DNA of 64,000 bases from contig CAVVNL010000004.1 of the NCBI GenBank assembly GCA_963749565.1, positions 142,628 through 206,627 of the forward strand. The letters are read 5' to 3'. The position numbers and the translations under genes were made by a program. The notes under the pieces were generated by a model. It did no database searches, was not told where the DNA came from, and was given only the letters and a program-made list of their open reading frames with translations. Positions 1 to 11,960 of this stretch are shown piece by piece. Every line of letters begins with the position of its first letter. Within the stretch, counting starts at the first letter, position 1. This DNA is from an uncultured Acidobacteriota bacterium (GTDB lineage Bacteria; Acidobacteriota; Vicinamibacteria; Vicinamibacterales; CAVVIG01).

Positions 1-1139
1 CACGAACTGTTCCGGCTCGAGCGCAGCGGCGGATCTGCAGCGCAGCCGCACGGATCGCCGGATTCGGATCGATCAAGGCGTCGAGCACCAGATCGGAGAC
101 GCCGGGAGCGCGGATGCTGCCCAGCGCCTCCACCACTTCCAGCCGAACATGCGAGATCGCGTCTCCTTGGCCTGCATCAATTTCACCAGGGCGGGGGCCG
201 CCGCCGCATCGCCGATCCGGCCGAGCGCGCGGACGCTCTCGATGACGACGGGACCGTCGCTGCTGCCGAGCAGCCCGATCAGCGCGGGAACGGCCGAGGC
301 GTCTTTCAATCCCCCAAGCCCCTTCGCCGCAAACGCGCGCGTGTAGGGGTGGGATTCGTTTGCGAGCGTCAGAAGGGCCGGTAGCGCGCGCTTGTCTTCG
401 ATGCGCTGAAATGCATAGGCGACCGGCCACCACCGTACTTTCGGCTGGCCTGAGGCATCGAGCACCGCGGCTGCGAGCTGGTCGTACGCCTTGAGCCTGA
501 CGAGCGCGTAGATCGCCTGCCTGAACGCCGTCGCAGGCAGGTCTCTCCGCGCGTCCGCATCGTCGCCGGGCAGTTCGGCGAGCGCACCCGACTGCACGAT
601 CTGGGACGCGAGGCGTCCCACCGCGTCGGCCGCAGATGACGTCGCCGATAAGACCGAGCGCTTCGGCAGCGCCTCCCTGCACGATGGGCGACGCGTCACC
701 AAGCGCCGCGACCAGCGGGGCCACCGCGCCCTGTCCCCGATGAGACCCAGCGCGAACGCCGCCATGTACCGCACCTCCGGCTCGGGGTCGCGCAAGCAGC
801 GACGTCAGCGGCTCGATGCCGTCGCGCAGGCCGACGCGTCCAATCGCCAGTGCCGCGCGCCGCCGCACGCGCGCCTCGGTGTCCGACAGCAGGCGCACGA
901 GGTCTGGCGGCGGTGGCGGCGGGACGACAACCGGCGCTCGCTCCCCGCGTTGCAGCGGCGGCGGGGGCGGGGCGACCGGCGGCGCCGGATCGCGGAGCGA
1001 GCGCTCGATCCTCCAGCCTGAGGATCCACGCCATCTTCTGTTCGAACGTGGGCACCGGTGGGGGTGGTGGCGCGACCGGCGCACTCGCGCATGCCGCGGC
1101 GGCCAGTGCGAACGCGATCGAGATCGTCCTGCGCAGCAT
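1..1139 (-). CDS. HEAT-repeat (PBS-lyase type) exported protein. Its 3-prime part leaves the window and the frame is broken at least 3 times.
   Basis: The minus-strand ATG at 1139 gives a signal-like MLRRTISIAFALAAAACASA. HEAT-type repeats follow (LLRDPEPEVRYMAAFALGLIGD, VIESVRALGRIGDAAAAPALVKL). A continuous protein is obtained only by hopping between ORFs 696..1274, 805..1260 and 73..795 (breaks near 1005, 800 and 150). Confidence 0.6.
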
Positions 1140-1168
1140 CTTCAATGGAATCAGAGGCACCTGCCGCG

Positions 1169-1828
1169 ATGATATCATCGGGCGCCTTGCAGTTCCGCCA
1201 CATCGCGATCGAGGGACCGATCGGCGCAGGCAAAACCGCACTGGCCGAACGCCTCGGCACGCATCTCGATGCAACCGTCGTGCTGGAGGAATCCGAGAAC
1301 CCGTTTCTCGCGGACTTCTACGCCGATCGGCCGGGCGCGGCGCTGCAGACGCAGCTCTTCTATCTGCTGAGCCGCCATCGTCAGCAAACGGCGATCCGGC
1401 AATCGGATCTCTTCAGTCAGATCACCATCGCCGACTACCTGTTCGACAAGGACAAGATCTTCGCGTACCTGAACCTCGACGACAACGAGCTGTTCATCTA
1501 TCAGCGGCTCTACGACCTGCTCGCCCGCGATGTCGCCTCGCCGGATCTCGTCATTTTTCTCCAGGCACCTACCGACGTTCTGCTGCGGCGGGTGCATACG
1601 CGCCGTCGGGAACCCGAATCGGTCGCGCTCCAGCCCGACGACGATTACCTCCGCGAGCTGAACGAGGCGTATCACCATTTTTTCTTTCACTACAACGCCA
1701 CCCCGCTGCTGGTCGTCGAGACCTCGCAGTTCGACTCGGACGGCAGCGACGAGGCCGTGGACCATCTGATCAAGCAGATCCGCAGCATGGGCCCCGGCAC
1801 CCGGTATTACGTGCCGCGGACGAAATAG
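1169..1828 (+). CDS. deoxynucleoside kinase family protein
   Basis: Has the P-loop IAIEGPIGAGKT and dNK-like blocks (ENPFLADFY, QLFYLLSR, DYLFDKDKIFA). The ATG at 1169 is in the frame of ORF 1058..1828. The gene is intact. Confidence 0.8.
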   Translation: MISSGALQFRHIAIEGPIGAGKTALAERLGTHLDATVVLEESENPFLADFYADRPGAALQTQLFYLLSRHRQQTAIRQSDLFSQITIADYLFDKDKIFAYLNLDDNELFIYQRLYDLLARDVASPDLVIFLQAPTDVLLRRVHTRRREPESVALQPDDDYLRELNEAYHHFFFHYNATPLLVVETSQFDSDGSDEAVDHLIKQIRSMGPGTRYYVPRTK

Positions 1829-1873
1829 CCAAAGCCTGAAGCCTGATAGCCCACAGGCTATGGGCTTTGGGCT
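1827..1873 (+). terminator. imperfect hairpin downstream of the kinase gene (terminator-like or REP-like)
   Basis: Inner stem ATAGCC-caca-GGCTAT and outer stem AGCCAAAGCC/GGGCTTTGGGCT. There is no clear T-tract. Confidence 0.3.
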
Positions 1874-1898
1874 CTTGCCTTGATAAGCTGACTCCCTT

Positions 1899-2875
1899 AT
1901 GGCGTGGTTCAAGAAGGCCCGCAAGAAGATCGCGCCGCCGACCGAGAAGCCCAGCCGGGTTCCCGAGGGACTGATGGTCAAGTGTCCCGGCTGCGCGCAG
2001 ATTCTCTACAACAAAGACCTGACGACGAACCTGAACGTCTGCCCCAAGTGCGCGCATCACTTCCGGATGAACGCCTCCGAACGCCTGCGGATGCTGTTCG
2101 ACGATGCCTGGGTCGAGTACGACCGCGGCCTGGTCTCGACCGACCCGCTGAGCTTCACCGATACCAAGCCGTACAAGTCGCGCCTGAAGGCGGGCATCGC
2201 GGCCACCGGCCTCAAAGACGCGGTGATCGCCGCGTCCGGGACGATCGACGGCGTCCGTACGATGGTCGCGGCGATGGAGTACGGGTTCATCGGCGGCAGC
2301 ATGGGCGTCGTGGTCGGCGAGAAGATCGCCCGGACGATCGAGCGCGCGATCGATGCGCGCGCGCCGGTCGTGATCGTCTGCTGCTCCGGAGGAGCGCGGA
2401 TGATGGAGGGCGCGCTGTCGCTGATGCAGATGGCGAAGATCTGCGGCGGGCTCGCACGGCTCGATCGCGCGCGGCTGCCCTACATCTCCGTGCTGACCGA
2501 TCCCGACCACAGGTGGCGTGACCGCCAGCTTCGCGATGCTCGGGGACCTGAACATCGCCGAGCCGCAAGGCGCTCATCGGCTTTGCCGGCCCGCGCGTCA
2601 TCGAACAGACGATCCGGCAGAAACTGCCCGAAGGCTTTCAGCGAAGCGAGTTCCTGCTCGAGAAGGGGATGCTGGATCTCATCGTCGATCGGCGGGACAT
2701 GCGATCGGTCATCGCCAACGCGCTGCGCTTCATGGGCGCGGCGCGCAGCGAGTCCGTACCTGTCGTCCGCGATTCGCCGCCCGGCGCGGAGCCCGCCGTC
2801 GGCGGCCCTGGCAGCCCCGTAAGTTCTGTCACCCCTGTCAGCCCTGTCAGTAACGACGAGCCTCCGCCCGCCTAG
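1899..2875 (+). CDS. accD: acetyl-CoA carboxylase carboxyltransferase beta subunit (two frame breaks)
   Basis: Contains the Zn-ribbon [23 protein letters not shown] and the core motifs [12 protein letters not shown] and [11 protein letters not shown]. The C-terminal third continues in ORF 2518..2853 ([15 protein letters not shown]) and then ORF 2669..2875 ([19 protein letters not shown]). Both are +1 shifts, near 2507 and 2568. Confidence 0.9.
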
Positions 2876-2883
2876 CGGCCCTC

Positions 2884-4196
2884 GTGACCGACCCCCTCTC
2901 CTACCTCTTCGGCCTCGGACAGTTCGGCATCAAGTTCGGCCTCGCAGAACATGGTCGCGATCGTCGACCGCCTCGGGCATCCCGAGCGGACGTTTCCGTC
3001 GCGTGCACATCGCCGGCACCAACGGCAAAGGCTCGGTCACGGCCATGGTCGACGCCGGGCTGCGCGCGGCCGGCCACCGGTCGGCCCGCTACACCTCCCC
3101 GCACCTCCTGGATCTTACCGAACGATTCGTCATCGACGGGCAGGCCGTCGCCGAAGACCGCATGATTGCCGCCGTCGCCGATGTCCGCGCGGCAGTCGAG
3201 GCACTGCTGGCCGAGGGAGCGCTGCAGGCACACCCGACCTTTTTCGAGGTGACGACGGCCGTCGCCTTCGAGCTGTTCCGCCGCGCCAGGGTTGACATCG
3301 CGGTGATCGAAGTCGGTCTTGGCGGCCGCCTGGATGCAACCAACGTGATCGATCCGGTCATGACCGCCATCACCTCGATTGCGTTCGACCACCAGCAATA
3401 CCTCGGGTCCGACGCTGGCCGACATCGCCGGCGAGAAGGCCGGCATCGTCAAGCCGGGCATCCCGCTGGTCGTCGGCGAGGTGGATTCGGAACCGTACGC
3501 CGCCATCGAGAGGATCGCCCGCGAGCGAGGCGCGCCGCTCGATTCGCGCGGCGGACGGGGTCACGACAGGCGCGCGGCCGGACACCGGGACGATTGGCCT
3601 CCGCACGCCCGTCCGCGATTATGGCGATGTCACGATCGCTCTTGCCGGCGCGCACCAGATAGGCAACGCCGTCGTCGCCGTGCGGATTCTCGAGCTGCTC
3701 GATGAGCGCGGAATAGCCGTGCCGCCCCAGGCCATCGTGTCAGCGCTCGCCCGGCCGTCGTGGCCGGCTCGACTGGATCTGCGGCGATTGACGGACGGTC
3801 GCGAAATCCTGCTCGACGCGGCCCACAATCCGGCCGGCGCGGCCGCGCTGGCGTCCTATCTGCGGGGATTGGGATCGGGAAAGCTGCCGCTCGTGTTCGC
3901 CGCGATGCGCGACAAGGACATGGAGAGCATGCTGAGGGAGCTGCTCCCGGCCATCGGCCCTCTGATTGTCACCCGCGCCTCGAATCGCCGTTCCGCGGAT
4001 CCCGAAATGCTTGCTGAGGTCGCGCGCCGCGTCGACCCGGACCGGTCGGTCACGATCGCGGCCGCGCCCGTGGAAGCGATCGAGGTCGCCTGGCAGCAAG
4101 TCGCCACGCATCGTCGTCGCCGGATCGATCTTTCTGCTCGGGGACGTCATGAAGGCGACGCGGCAGCTCGTGATACCCTTCGAAAGCGGCAGCTGA
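2884..4196 (+). CDS. folC: bifunctional folylpolyglutamate synthase/dihydrofolate synthase (about five frame breaks)
   Basis: Mur-ligase motifs are present: HIAGTNGKGS, GGRLDATNVI, AGEKAGIVKPG, LDAAHNPAGA. The protein is spread over ORFs starting at 2884, 2951, 3003, 3379, 3680 and 3966, with +1 shifts near 2943, 3000, 3407, 3541 and 4098. The stop at 4194-4196 abuts the next ATG. Confidence 0.85.
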
Positions 4197-6501
4197 ATGC
4201 GCATCTCTCCCGCGGCAGTTCTCCTGGTGACGATTTGTCTCGCTGTTCCGGAGCGTGCCGCCGCGCAGCAACCCGCGTCCACCGACACCGTCGTGGCGGA
4301 GCGCCACGAGATCATCAACGAAAGGGAGCACCACTACACCGGCAAGGTCGAGCTGGAGCTCAACGATACGAAGCTCTATGCCGACGACGTCCGCATGTAT
4401 GTGGACCAGGATCGCGCAGTCGCGACCGGGAACGTCGTCTTCCGTCAGGGCAACAGCCAGATCGCCGCGGACCGCGCGCGATTTCAATACGAAAACGCGC
4501 CTCGGGACCTTCTACAACGCCAGCGGCTTCGCGACGGTGCAGCCCCCGACGCCAGCGCGCAAGCCCGGGCGTCGTGGCGCCTCCGCCGATGACGGGACAG
4601 GATACCGTCGTCTATTTCTTCGGCGAGACAGTCGAGAAGATCGGCCCGCGAAAATACAAGATCATCAACGGCGGCTTTACGACCTGTGTCCAGCCGACGC
4701 CGAGATGGGATTTCGACGCCGACACGATCGTGCTCAACCTCGATCACTACACGCTGCTGCGCAACGTGGTGATGACGGTCAAGGGCGTGCCCTTGTTCTA
4801 CCTGCCGGCGCTCTACTACCCGACAAAGAGGGACGACCGCGCCACCGGATTTCTCCTCCCCACCTACGGGACGTCGACGCTTCGAGGGCACTCGTTTCAC
4901 AATGCGTTCTTCTGGGCGATCAATCGCAGCCAGGACGCCACGTTCCTGCACGACTGGTTCTCGAAGACCGGACAGGGTGTCGGCAGCGAATACCGGTACA
5001 ACTTCGGCGGCGGATCGGATGGCAACATCCGCGACCTATTTCCTCAACGAGAGCGCGACCACGCCGGATGGTTTGCAGACCGTCGACAAAACGCGAAGCT
5101 ACAGGGTCAATGCCGCGGTCAGTGAGCTGCTTCCGTTGGCGGCTTCGCGCGAGGGCGAGCGTCGACTACTTCTCCGACATCAGGACAAATCAGACGATCA
5201 ACACCGACATCAACAGTTCGTCGAACAACCAGCGGAGTTTTGGCGGCAACGTGGTCGGCGCGTGGGGCACCTACTCCCTGAGCGGGACACTCCTTCGCTC
5301 CGAATACTTCTCCAGCCAGAGCATCTCCAATGTGTCCGGATGCTGGCCCCGCGTAACCGTGAATCGGAACGAACGGCCCGTCGGAGACACGCCGGTCTAC
5401 GTCTCCGCCAGCGGTGAGTATGCGAATAACATCAGCGTGGGGCGGCAGCTCGGCAGGGAGCTCGACAGAGGTCTGACGCGGCTGGACTTCTCGCCGCTGC
5501 TCCGCTTTCCATTCAAGAAGTGGCAGTGGTTCACGGCGAATTCTTCCGCGGGCTGGCGGGAGACGTTCTACACACGCAGCCTGGACCCGGTGGACGAAGG
5601 ACCCTGTCACCGGCGAACGGACAATCCTGGAAGACAACCTGCATCGCCAATACGCGGTCCTTCAAACGCAGCTGACCGGGCCGGTCTTCAATCGTATCTG
5701 GGACACGCCCGACAACGGCTACGCCGAGAGGTTCAAGCATGCGATCGAGCCGTACCTGAACGTGGCATGGACGTCCACGATTCCCAACAACAACCAAGTC
5801 CTGGACAACACGGACCGGATTGTCGGGGGGTCAACGGGCTATACCTACGGCATCAGGAACCGTTTTTACGCGAAGCGCCGGCCGGCAGCTGCGGGGCAGA
5901 TCGGCCAGGCGCGTGAAATTTTCACGGTCGAGCTGCAGCAGACCTACCACTCGAACGAGAGGGCGGCACAGGTCGACCCGCAGTACTCAACCAGCAACAG
6001 CGGCACACAGGCCGAATCACTTCACGCCGGTCCTGCTCACCCTGCGCGCTCAGCCGACCGTGGAGTTCAACGCGACGGCCAGAGCTGAATTCGACAGCCG
6101 GTATCGTGAGCTTCGGACGATTTCGGTGGCCGGCACGTATTCCTGGAGCTCGCAGCTGTTGTCCACCTTCGGCTGGAGCAAGAGAGCATTCATCGCGGAA
6201 CTGCGACGGGTTCAACAATCCGGGTTCCCTCGACCACTCCATCAACGTCTCTTCGACGGTGCGCACCAGAGACAACAAGTACGGCAGCGTGTATTCGCTC
6301 AACTACGACATCCTGCGGGAGTTGCTGCTCAACCAGCGGATCACGGCGTTCTACAACGCCCAGTGCTGTGGCATCGCATTCGAGTTCCAGAAAGCCGGCT
6401 ACTTCTCCGTTTCCGACCGCCGCTTTTTCATCTCCTTCACCCTTGCCGGGCTCGGCAATTTTTCGCCGTTCAACGGGGCCCTCGGCGGCGTGCCGCGCTG
6501 A
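4197..6501 (+). CDS. lptD: LPS-assembly outer-membrane protein LptD/OstA-like (about seven frame breaks)
   Basis: Signal peptide MRISPAAVLLVTICLAVPERAAA and an OstA-like N-domain (LYADDVRMYVDQDRAVATGNVVFRQGNSQIAADRA). A long barrel region ends ...RFFISFTLAGLGNFSPF. The frame steps +1 near 4480, 4570, 5028, 5125, 5600, 6010 and 6205. Confidence 0.75.
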
Positions 6502-6582
6502 TGCTGCCCGACGATCACCGCAGAGCCCGCCGGGCACGCAGAGCACTATCGTTCTGCGATCTTTGCGGTTGATGTCGCCCTC

Positions 6583-7530
6583 ATGCCGCGCCCGATTCTG
6601 GTCACCGGCGCCTCAGGGTTCGCGGGCAGTCACCTGCTGGACCTTCTGGCCGGCAATTCCGTTCCAGGCGGCGTAGTCGGCTGGCATCGGCCCGGCCGCA
6701 TGCCACCGGCGCCCCGCTCCTCGGTGACGTGGGAGGCCGTAGACCTTCTGGATCGATCGCCTGTCCTCGACGCGATCGCGCGCTTGAAGCCGGCCACTGT
6801 GTATCACTGCGCCGGAGCCGCTCACGTCGGGCAGGCGTGGGAACGCACGGAGGCGACGTTCGCGACGAACGTTCGCGGGACGCACTACCTGTTCGCCGCG
6901 CTCGGTCTGGCAGGCGGGGAGACTCGCGTGATCATGCCGAGCTCGGCGCTGGTTTACCGGCCGGCGACCGAGCCGCTGACCGAGGACCATCCGCTCGTCC
7001 CCACCAGCCCGTACGGCTTGAGCAAGCTCGCCCAGGAGCTCCTCGGAAGCCACGCTCCGCCGGGGGTGCATGTCAGCATCGCGCGGGCGTTCAACCACTT
7101 CGGTCCCAGGCAGGATCCGGCGTTCTCCACGTCGGGGTTCGCCCGCCAGATTGCGGCGATCGAGGCGGGCCTCCAGCCGCCCGAGCTCCGCGTCGGTAAC
7201 CTCGAGGCGCAGCGGGATCTCACCGACGTCCGCGACACCGTCCGTGCGTATTCGATGATCGCGGATCGCGGCCGTCCGGGCCGGGCGTACAACGTGTGCT
7301 CCGGCCGCGCCGTGGCGATTCGCGACGTGCTGGACATGCTCCTCGCGCGGGCGCGTATTCCCATCCGCGTGCACGTCGACTCTGCGCGCTTCCGGCCCAA
7401 CGACGTCCCGCTGCTGCTCGGGGATCCGGCCCGCGCGCGCGAAGAGCTGGGATGGACGCCGCTCATTCCGCTCGAGCAGACCATCGACGACGTGCTCGGC
7501 TATTGGCGCGGCGTCATCTCCGCAGCTTGA
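6583..7530 (+). CDS. NAD-dependent epimerase/dehydratase (GDP-sugar reductase/dehydratase-like SDR)
   Basis: Rossmann motif VTGASGFAGSHL and catalytic YxxxK (SPYGLSKLA). Intact 315-aa ORF. Confidence 0.8.
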   Translation: MPRPILVTGASGFAGSHLLDLLAGNSVPGGVVGWHRPGRMPPAPRSSVTWEAVDLLDRSPVLDAIARLKPATVYHCAGAAHVGQAWERTEATFATNVRGTHYLFAALGLAGGETRVIMPSSALVYRPATEPLTEDHPLVPTSPYGLSKLAQELLGSHAPPGVHVSIARAFNHFGPRQDPAFSTSGFARQIAAIEAGLQPPELRVGNLEAQRDLTDVRDTVRAYSMIADRGRPGRAYNVCSGRAVAIRDVLDMLLARARIPIRVHVDSARFRPNDVPLLLGDPARAREELGWTPLIPLEQTIDDVLGYWRGVISAA

Positions 7531-7573
7531 CAAGCGTCGCCGGGGCCCTCATCATCAGGCGAACATAAAGCGA

Positions 7574-8587
7574 ATGACACTGTTTGATCTGGGCCCGCCC
7601 AGGCCCACCACCCGGCGAATCGCAGAACTCGTGAAGGAGGGCGGAACCGCCGCGCTCACCGAGGCGGAAACGCGCGCCGATCAGGCGCGCTATCAGGAGG
7701 TCACCTGCCGCTCCGCGCTCAACCGCGTCGAAGGCATGCCGTTCAACTGGACCCTCAACCCGTACCGGGGCTGCACGCACGGCTGTCATTACTGCTTCGC
7801 CCGCCGTTATCACGTGCAGTTCGAAATGAACGCGGGCGACGAGTTCGCCTCGGTGATTCTCGTCAAGCACAACATCGTCGAGGTCCTGGTGCGCGAGCTG
7901 GATCGTCCCGCATGGACGTGCGAGCAGGTTGCGGTCGGCACCGCCACCGACCCGTATCAGCCGATCGAAGGTCATTACAAACTGACACGGGGGGCCATTC
8001 AGGCGCTGACCCGCGGACGAACGCCGATGGGCCTGGTCACCAAGGGGCCGATGGTGGTCCGCGACATCGATGTGCTCCGCGAGCACATGCGCGCCGCCCG
8101 CTCGACAATATGCATGAGCGTACCTACTGTTGACGAGGACGCGTGGCGCACGCTCGAGCCGGGAACGGCCCACCCCCTTCAGCGGCTGCGGGCGGTTCGC
8201 GAGCTGGTGGATGCGGGAATCAACGCCGGCGTGCTCATGGCGCCGATCGTTCCCGGCTTCTCTTCGTCGCGAACGAAGCTCGAACGGACCATCAAGTCGA
8301 TCGCCGACCACGGAGCCCGGTTCGTGGGCTGCAACGTGATGTACCTGCAGGAGGGCACGCGGGCGCACTTCATGAACTTCATCGCGCGCGAGTTCCCTTC
8401 GCTGGCGCCGAAGTACGAGAGGTTGTACGCGAGAAAGTATCCGCCGGAGGCCTATCGGAAAGAGGTGCAGGGCTTGGTGCGGGTGCTCCAGGCGCGCTAC
8501 GGTTTGGGCAAGCGCGAGAGTCGCCAACACCGAGCCCGAAGAGATCGGAGAGGCCGGTCAACCCGAGCAGGTGGGGTTTGCCTTCTA
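7574..8587 (+). CDS. radical SAM protein (Rv2578c/SPL-like family), with one frame break near its end
   Basis: CxxxCxxC cluster motif YRGCTHGCHYCFAR. The last ~20 codons (ANTEPEEIGEAGQPEQVGFAF, stop at 8585-8587) lie in another frame, with the break near 8515. The rest of ORF 7574..9604 is the antisense shadow of the clp gene. Confidence 0.75.
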
Positions 8588-10893
8588 GGCCACTCCTCCG
8601 AGTTCCAACACGTCCGCGGGCACCAGGAAATGGGCCGGCCGGCTTTCGACCACGACCTCGCCGTCGCGAGCCTTGACCACGAAGTGCGAGCCTTCCTTCC
8701 AGCTGACGCTGATCGGCAGCTTGATCTTTTCGTCGATGGCGCGCTTGAGGAAGCGGGCGCCGAAGCCGAGGTTGTAACCCTGGGTCACAATCAACTCGAG
8801 CGCGCTGTCATCGATCTGCAGCGTCTTGCCGGCCTTTGCCAGCGTCAGGGTGACCTGCGCGAGATAGTGCTTCGCGATCTCCCGCACCTCGTCGTGCGCG
8901 AGCGGCGCGAACAGGACGACCTCGTCGATCCGGTTGCGGAACTCCGGCGAGAAGCGGCGTTCCAGCTCGCGGAACACCTCGCCCTTCACCTGGTCGACGC
9001 CGACGTTGCGGGCACGGAAGCCCATCGAGCTCGTGAGCTGCCGGAAGTGTTCCGAGCCCAGATTGGACGTCATGATCACGATCGCGTCGCTCAGATAGAC
9101 GCGTTTGCCCCGGCCATCGGTGAGCCAGCCCTCGTCGAACGCCTGCAGGAAGAGATTGAGCAGGCTGGGACTCGCCTTTTCCACTTCGTCGAGGAGGATG
9201 ACCGTGAAGGGATTGTCCTTCAACTGGGTCGTCAGGATTCCACCGCGCTCGCTGCCGACGATGCCCCGCGGCATCCCGATCAGCTTGTCCACGGCGACGC
9301 TGCCGTCCTGATACTCGGACATGTCCACGCGAATCATCTTCTTTTCGTCGCCGAACAGGAACGCGGCAACCGCCTTCGCGAGCTCGGTTTTCCCGACACC
9401 GGTCGGGCCGAGGAACAGCAGCACTCCGTCGGGCCGATCGAATCCGTCCTTGAGCGGCCCCTTGTTCAGCACCAGGCGGCGGGCCACGGCCTTGATGGCG
9501 TTCGTCTGGCCGACGACCCGTTGCGCGAGGCTCTCCTCGATGTTCTTGAAGCGATCGGTGACGTCGCGGTAGACCATGTCCTCGGGGATCTGCGCGGCAT
9601 GTGAGATGACCGACATCACGTCCTGCCGGTTGACCTCCCACCGGCGGTCCACTTCGGCGCGGACGGCTGCCGTGTCGAGCCATCCAATCACCTTGTCGGG
9701 CAGGTGCAGGTGCCGCATGTATCGCGGCGACATGTCGATCGCGGCTTCGAGCGCTTCGTCGAGCACGCGGACCGAGTAGTTTCTTTCGAGCCGCGGGCGG
9801 AGGTTATAGAGAATCCGCCGCGTTTCCTCGAGCGTCGGCTCGGCCACCACGACCGACCGGAAGCGGCGCGCGAAGGCTTCGTCTTCCTGGATATATTCCT
9901 TGTACTCGCTGAGCGTCGTGGCGCCGACCATTCGGATCTCGCCGCGCGAGAGGGCCGACTTGAGCACGTTGGCCGCGTCCGACGGCGCGCCGAGCGCCGA
10001 GCCGGCGCCGACCATGGTGTGGGCCTCGTCCACGAACAGGATGAGGTTGGTCCGTTCCTTCAGCTCGCGGATGACGTTCTGGATGCGATCCTCGAACATG
10101 CCGCGCAGCATGGTGCCCGCGACCATGGCGTTCATCTGGAGGTTGACGATCTGGCAGTCGCGGAGACGGACCGGCACGCCCTCCGGTTCGAACTCGATCC
10201 GCCTGGCGAGCCCCTCGACGATGGCGGTCTTGCCGACGCCCGGCTCGCCGATGAGCATCACGGAATTGGCGCGCTCGCGGTGGCAGAGAATCTCGAGGAC
10301 CTGCTGGATCTCCTTGTCGCGCCCGTACACCGGCGGCAGCTTGTCCTGGCGCGCCAGCAAGTTGAGGTTGGTCGCGAAGTGTTTGAGGAACGGCGGCAGC
10401 TCGAAGCGCTTCTTCAAGCGCTCCTCGCGCAGTTCCATGTCACGAACGCGGACGCCAAGCCGGGCCACCAGCACCTCGGGCTCGACGCCATTCCGCCGCA
10501 GGATGGACACGGGCACTCCCTGCATCTCTTCGAACACGGCGGAGAACAGGTCGACCGACTCGATGTTCTGGCGTCCCGCCCGGGTCCCGTGGTGGAGGGC
10601 AAGCTTGCACACAAGCTTGGTCGAAGGCGACACCCGCAGGTCGCGCCCGGCAAACGACGGCACCAGGTGCAGATGCTCCTCGATTGCCTGGAGCACCGCA
10701 TGCGGATTGACCTCGACGTCTCGCATGATGGCGGAGAACATGTCCCACTCGACCTGTGCGAACGCCAAAAACAGGTGCTCGTTGGTCAGCAACGCATGCT
10801 CGCGACGGCGCGCTTCTTCAATGGCGCGGTCGATGATGCGCTGCGCGGTCTCCCCGATCTTGCCTGCCGCGATGTCGAGATCTTCTACCTGCA
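8585..10893 (-). CDS. Clp/Hsp100-family AAA+ ATPase (ClpA/ClpC-like, two nucleotide-binding domains)
   Basis: Walker A motifs GEPGVGKTAIVEGLA and GPTGVGKTELAKAVA, Walker B motifs LILFVDEAH and VILLDEVEKA, and a Clp_N-like N-domain. The likely start is the GTG at 10893, preceded by GGGGGAGGA. The ORF-track start (TTG at 10924) is the alternative. Confidence 0.85.
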
Positions 10894-11113
10894 CGGCTGT
10901 CCTCCCCCGACTAGCCACGAGCAAGACCCACGCCAGCGACCAGCGTCGGCGCGCCGGGGCGCCACACCGCTACAAGCGGCTGTCAACTAATGAGTTGTCT
11001 CGTAACGCGGACGGACAGGGTCCACGTGCGTGGCTCGAGGACCACACATGGAAGCGAAGGTCTTTTCGCTATTTCAAACGTTTTCCGACGGCCGAGAGAT
11101 TTACCGACGGGCC

Positions 11114-11172
11114 GGTTTGAGCAACGTCTGGACGCGCGTCTCGGTCGGAGGATGGGGACTGAAAATCGCGAA
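11114..11172 (-). pseudogene. ~60-bp remnant of the 3-prime end of an htpX-like gene
   Basis: Translates to ...FSPHPPTETRVQTLLKPARR*. By manual alignment it is roughly 85-90% identical at nucleotide level to the 3-prime end of the intact htpX (17748..17806). Similarity stops abruptly upstream. Confidence 0.6.
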
Positions 11173-11326
11173 GGACGATACCCGCAATCCGGGCCGGTCG
11201 GGCGATTGAGAAAAGACCGAGTAGCCGGACGCTTTTTCTAGTAGAGTCGGCTCAAGCGACGAAGGACGAGGCTGGCATTCCGCTGTCCGGCCGGCGGAGC
11301 AGGATCTCGTAGAAGGAGAGTATCCC

Positions 11327-11899
11327 GTGCGCGCTCTGTCACTCACGTTGATCGGTCTGTGTGTCTGCGCTGCCGTGGCCGTCGCGGCTGGACAATCCCC
11401 CCAACCCGGAGCGCCCGAGACGTTCAGCACAAAGGCCCAGGCCGAAAACAGCTCGGGAGCCGCGGTGTCGGCACCGATCCAGATTCACATCGAGCGCTAC
11501 ACGCCGGACTTCGACCGCAAAACGGTCGAAGAGGCCCTGAGAATCGGTGGGTATCCCGGGTTCCTGCCTGCGCTCAGGAAGGCGCCGGACGTCGGATATG
11601 TGGAGCTGGCCGGCCAAAAATACACGATTCGGTGGGCGCGGCTGACCACATCCGAGAAAGGCCGGACGATCGTCGTCGTCACCGACAGGCCTGTGGCCTT
11701 CATCGGCGGCGGGCAAGCGGCCCCCAAGTCGCGCGCCGGCTACGAAGTTGCGCTGGTCCGGCTGGACGTCGACGGCAAGGGGAGTGGAACCGGCACGATG
11801 GCGGCAGCCGCCCGCGTCAAGCCAGACGGGAGCGGCGGCGTGGTGCTTGACGATTACGCCGAGGTCCCGATCACGCTGATGGCCGTCACACGCCGCTGA
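11327..11899 (+). CDS. secreted hypothetical protein (paralog of 54971..55570)
   Basis: GTG start with GGAGAG upstream and signal peptide RALSLTLIGLCVCAAVAVAAGQS. It shares blocks with the 199-aa protein at 54971..55570. Confidence 0.6.
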   Translation: MRALSLTLIGLCVCAAVAVAAGQSPQPGAPETFSTKAQAENSSGAAVSAPIQIHIERYTPDFDRKTVEEALRIGGYPGFLPALRKAPDVGYVELAGQKYTIRWARLTTSEKGRTIVVVTDRPVAFIGGGQAAPKSRAGYEVALVRLDVDGKGSGTGTMAAAARVKPDGSGGVVLDDYAEVPITLMAVTRR

Positions 11900-11960
11900 A
11901 CACCATCTGGTAGTCCGACCGGCGAACCGACACGGTTAGCGGGTGGAGAGGGCCAGGGCC

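Noticed and set aside
8588-9604. C-terminal ~340 codons of the 676-aa ORF 7574..9604
   Set aside because: This is the antisense shadow of the well-supported Clp ATPase gene. The radical-SAM homology ends near 8515 and finishes in another frame, with its stop at 8585-8587.
9704-11120. Long plus-strand ORFs 9704..10990 and 9900..11120
   Set aside because: They lie antisense to the Clp ATPase gene, have Arg/Ala/Pro-rich composition with no recognisable motifs, and are typical high-GC shadow ORFs.
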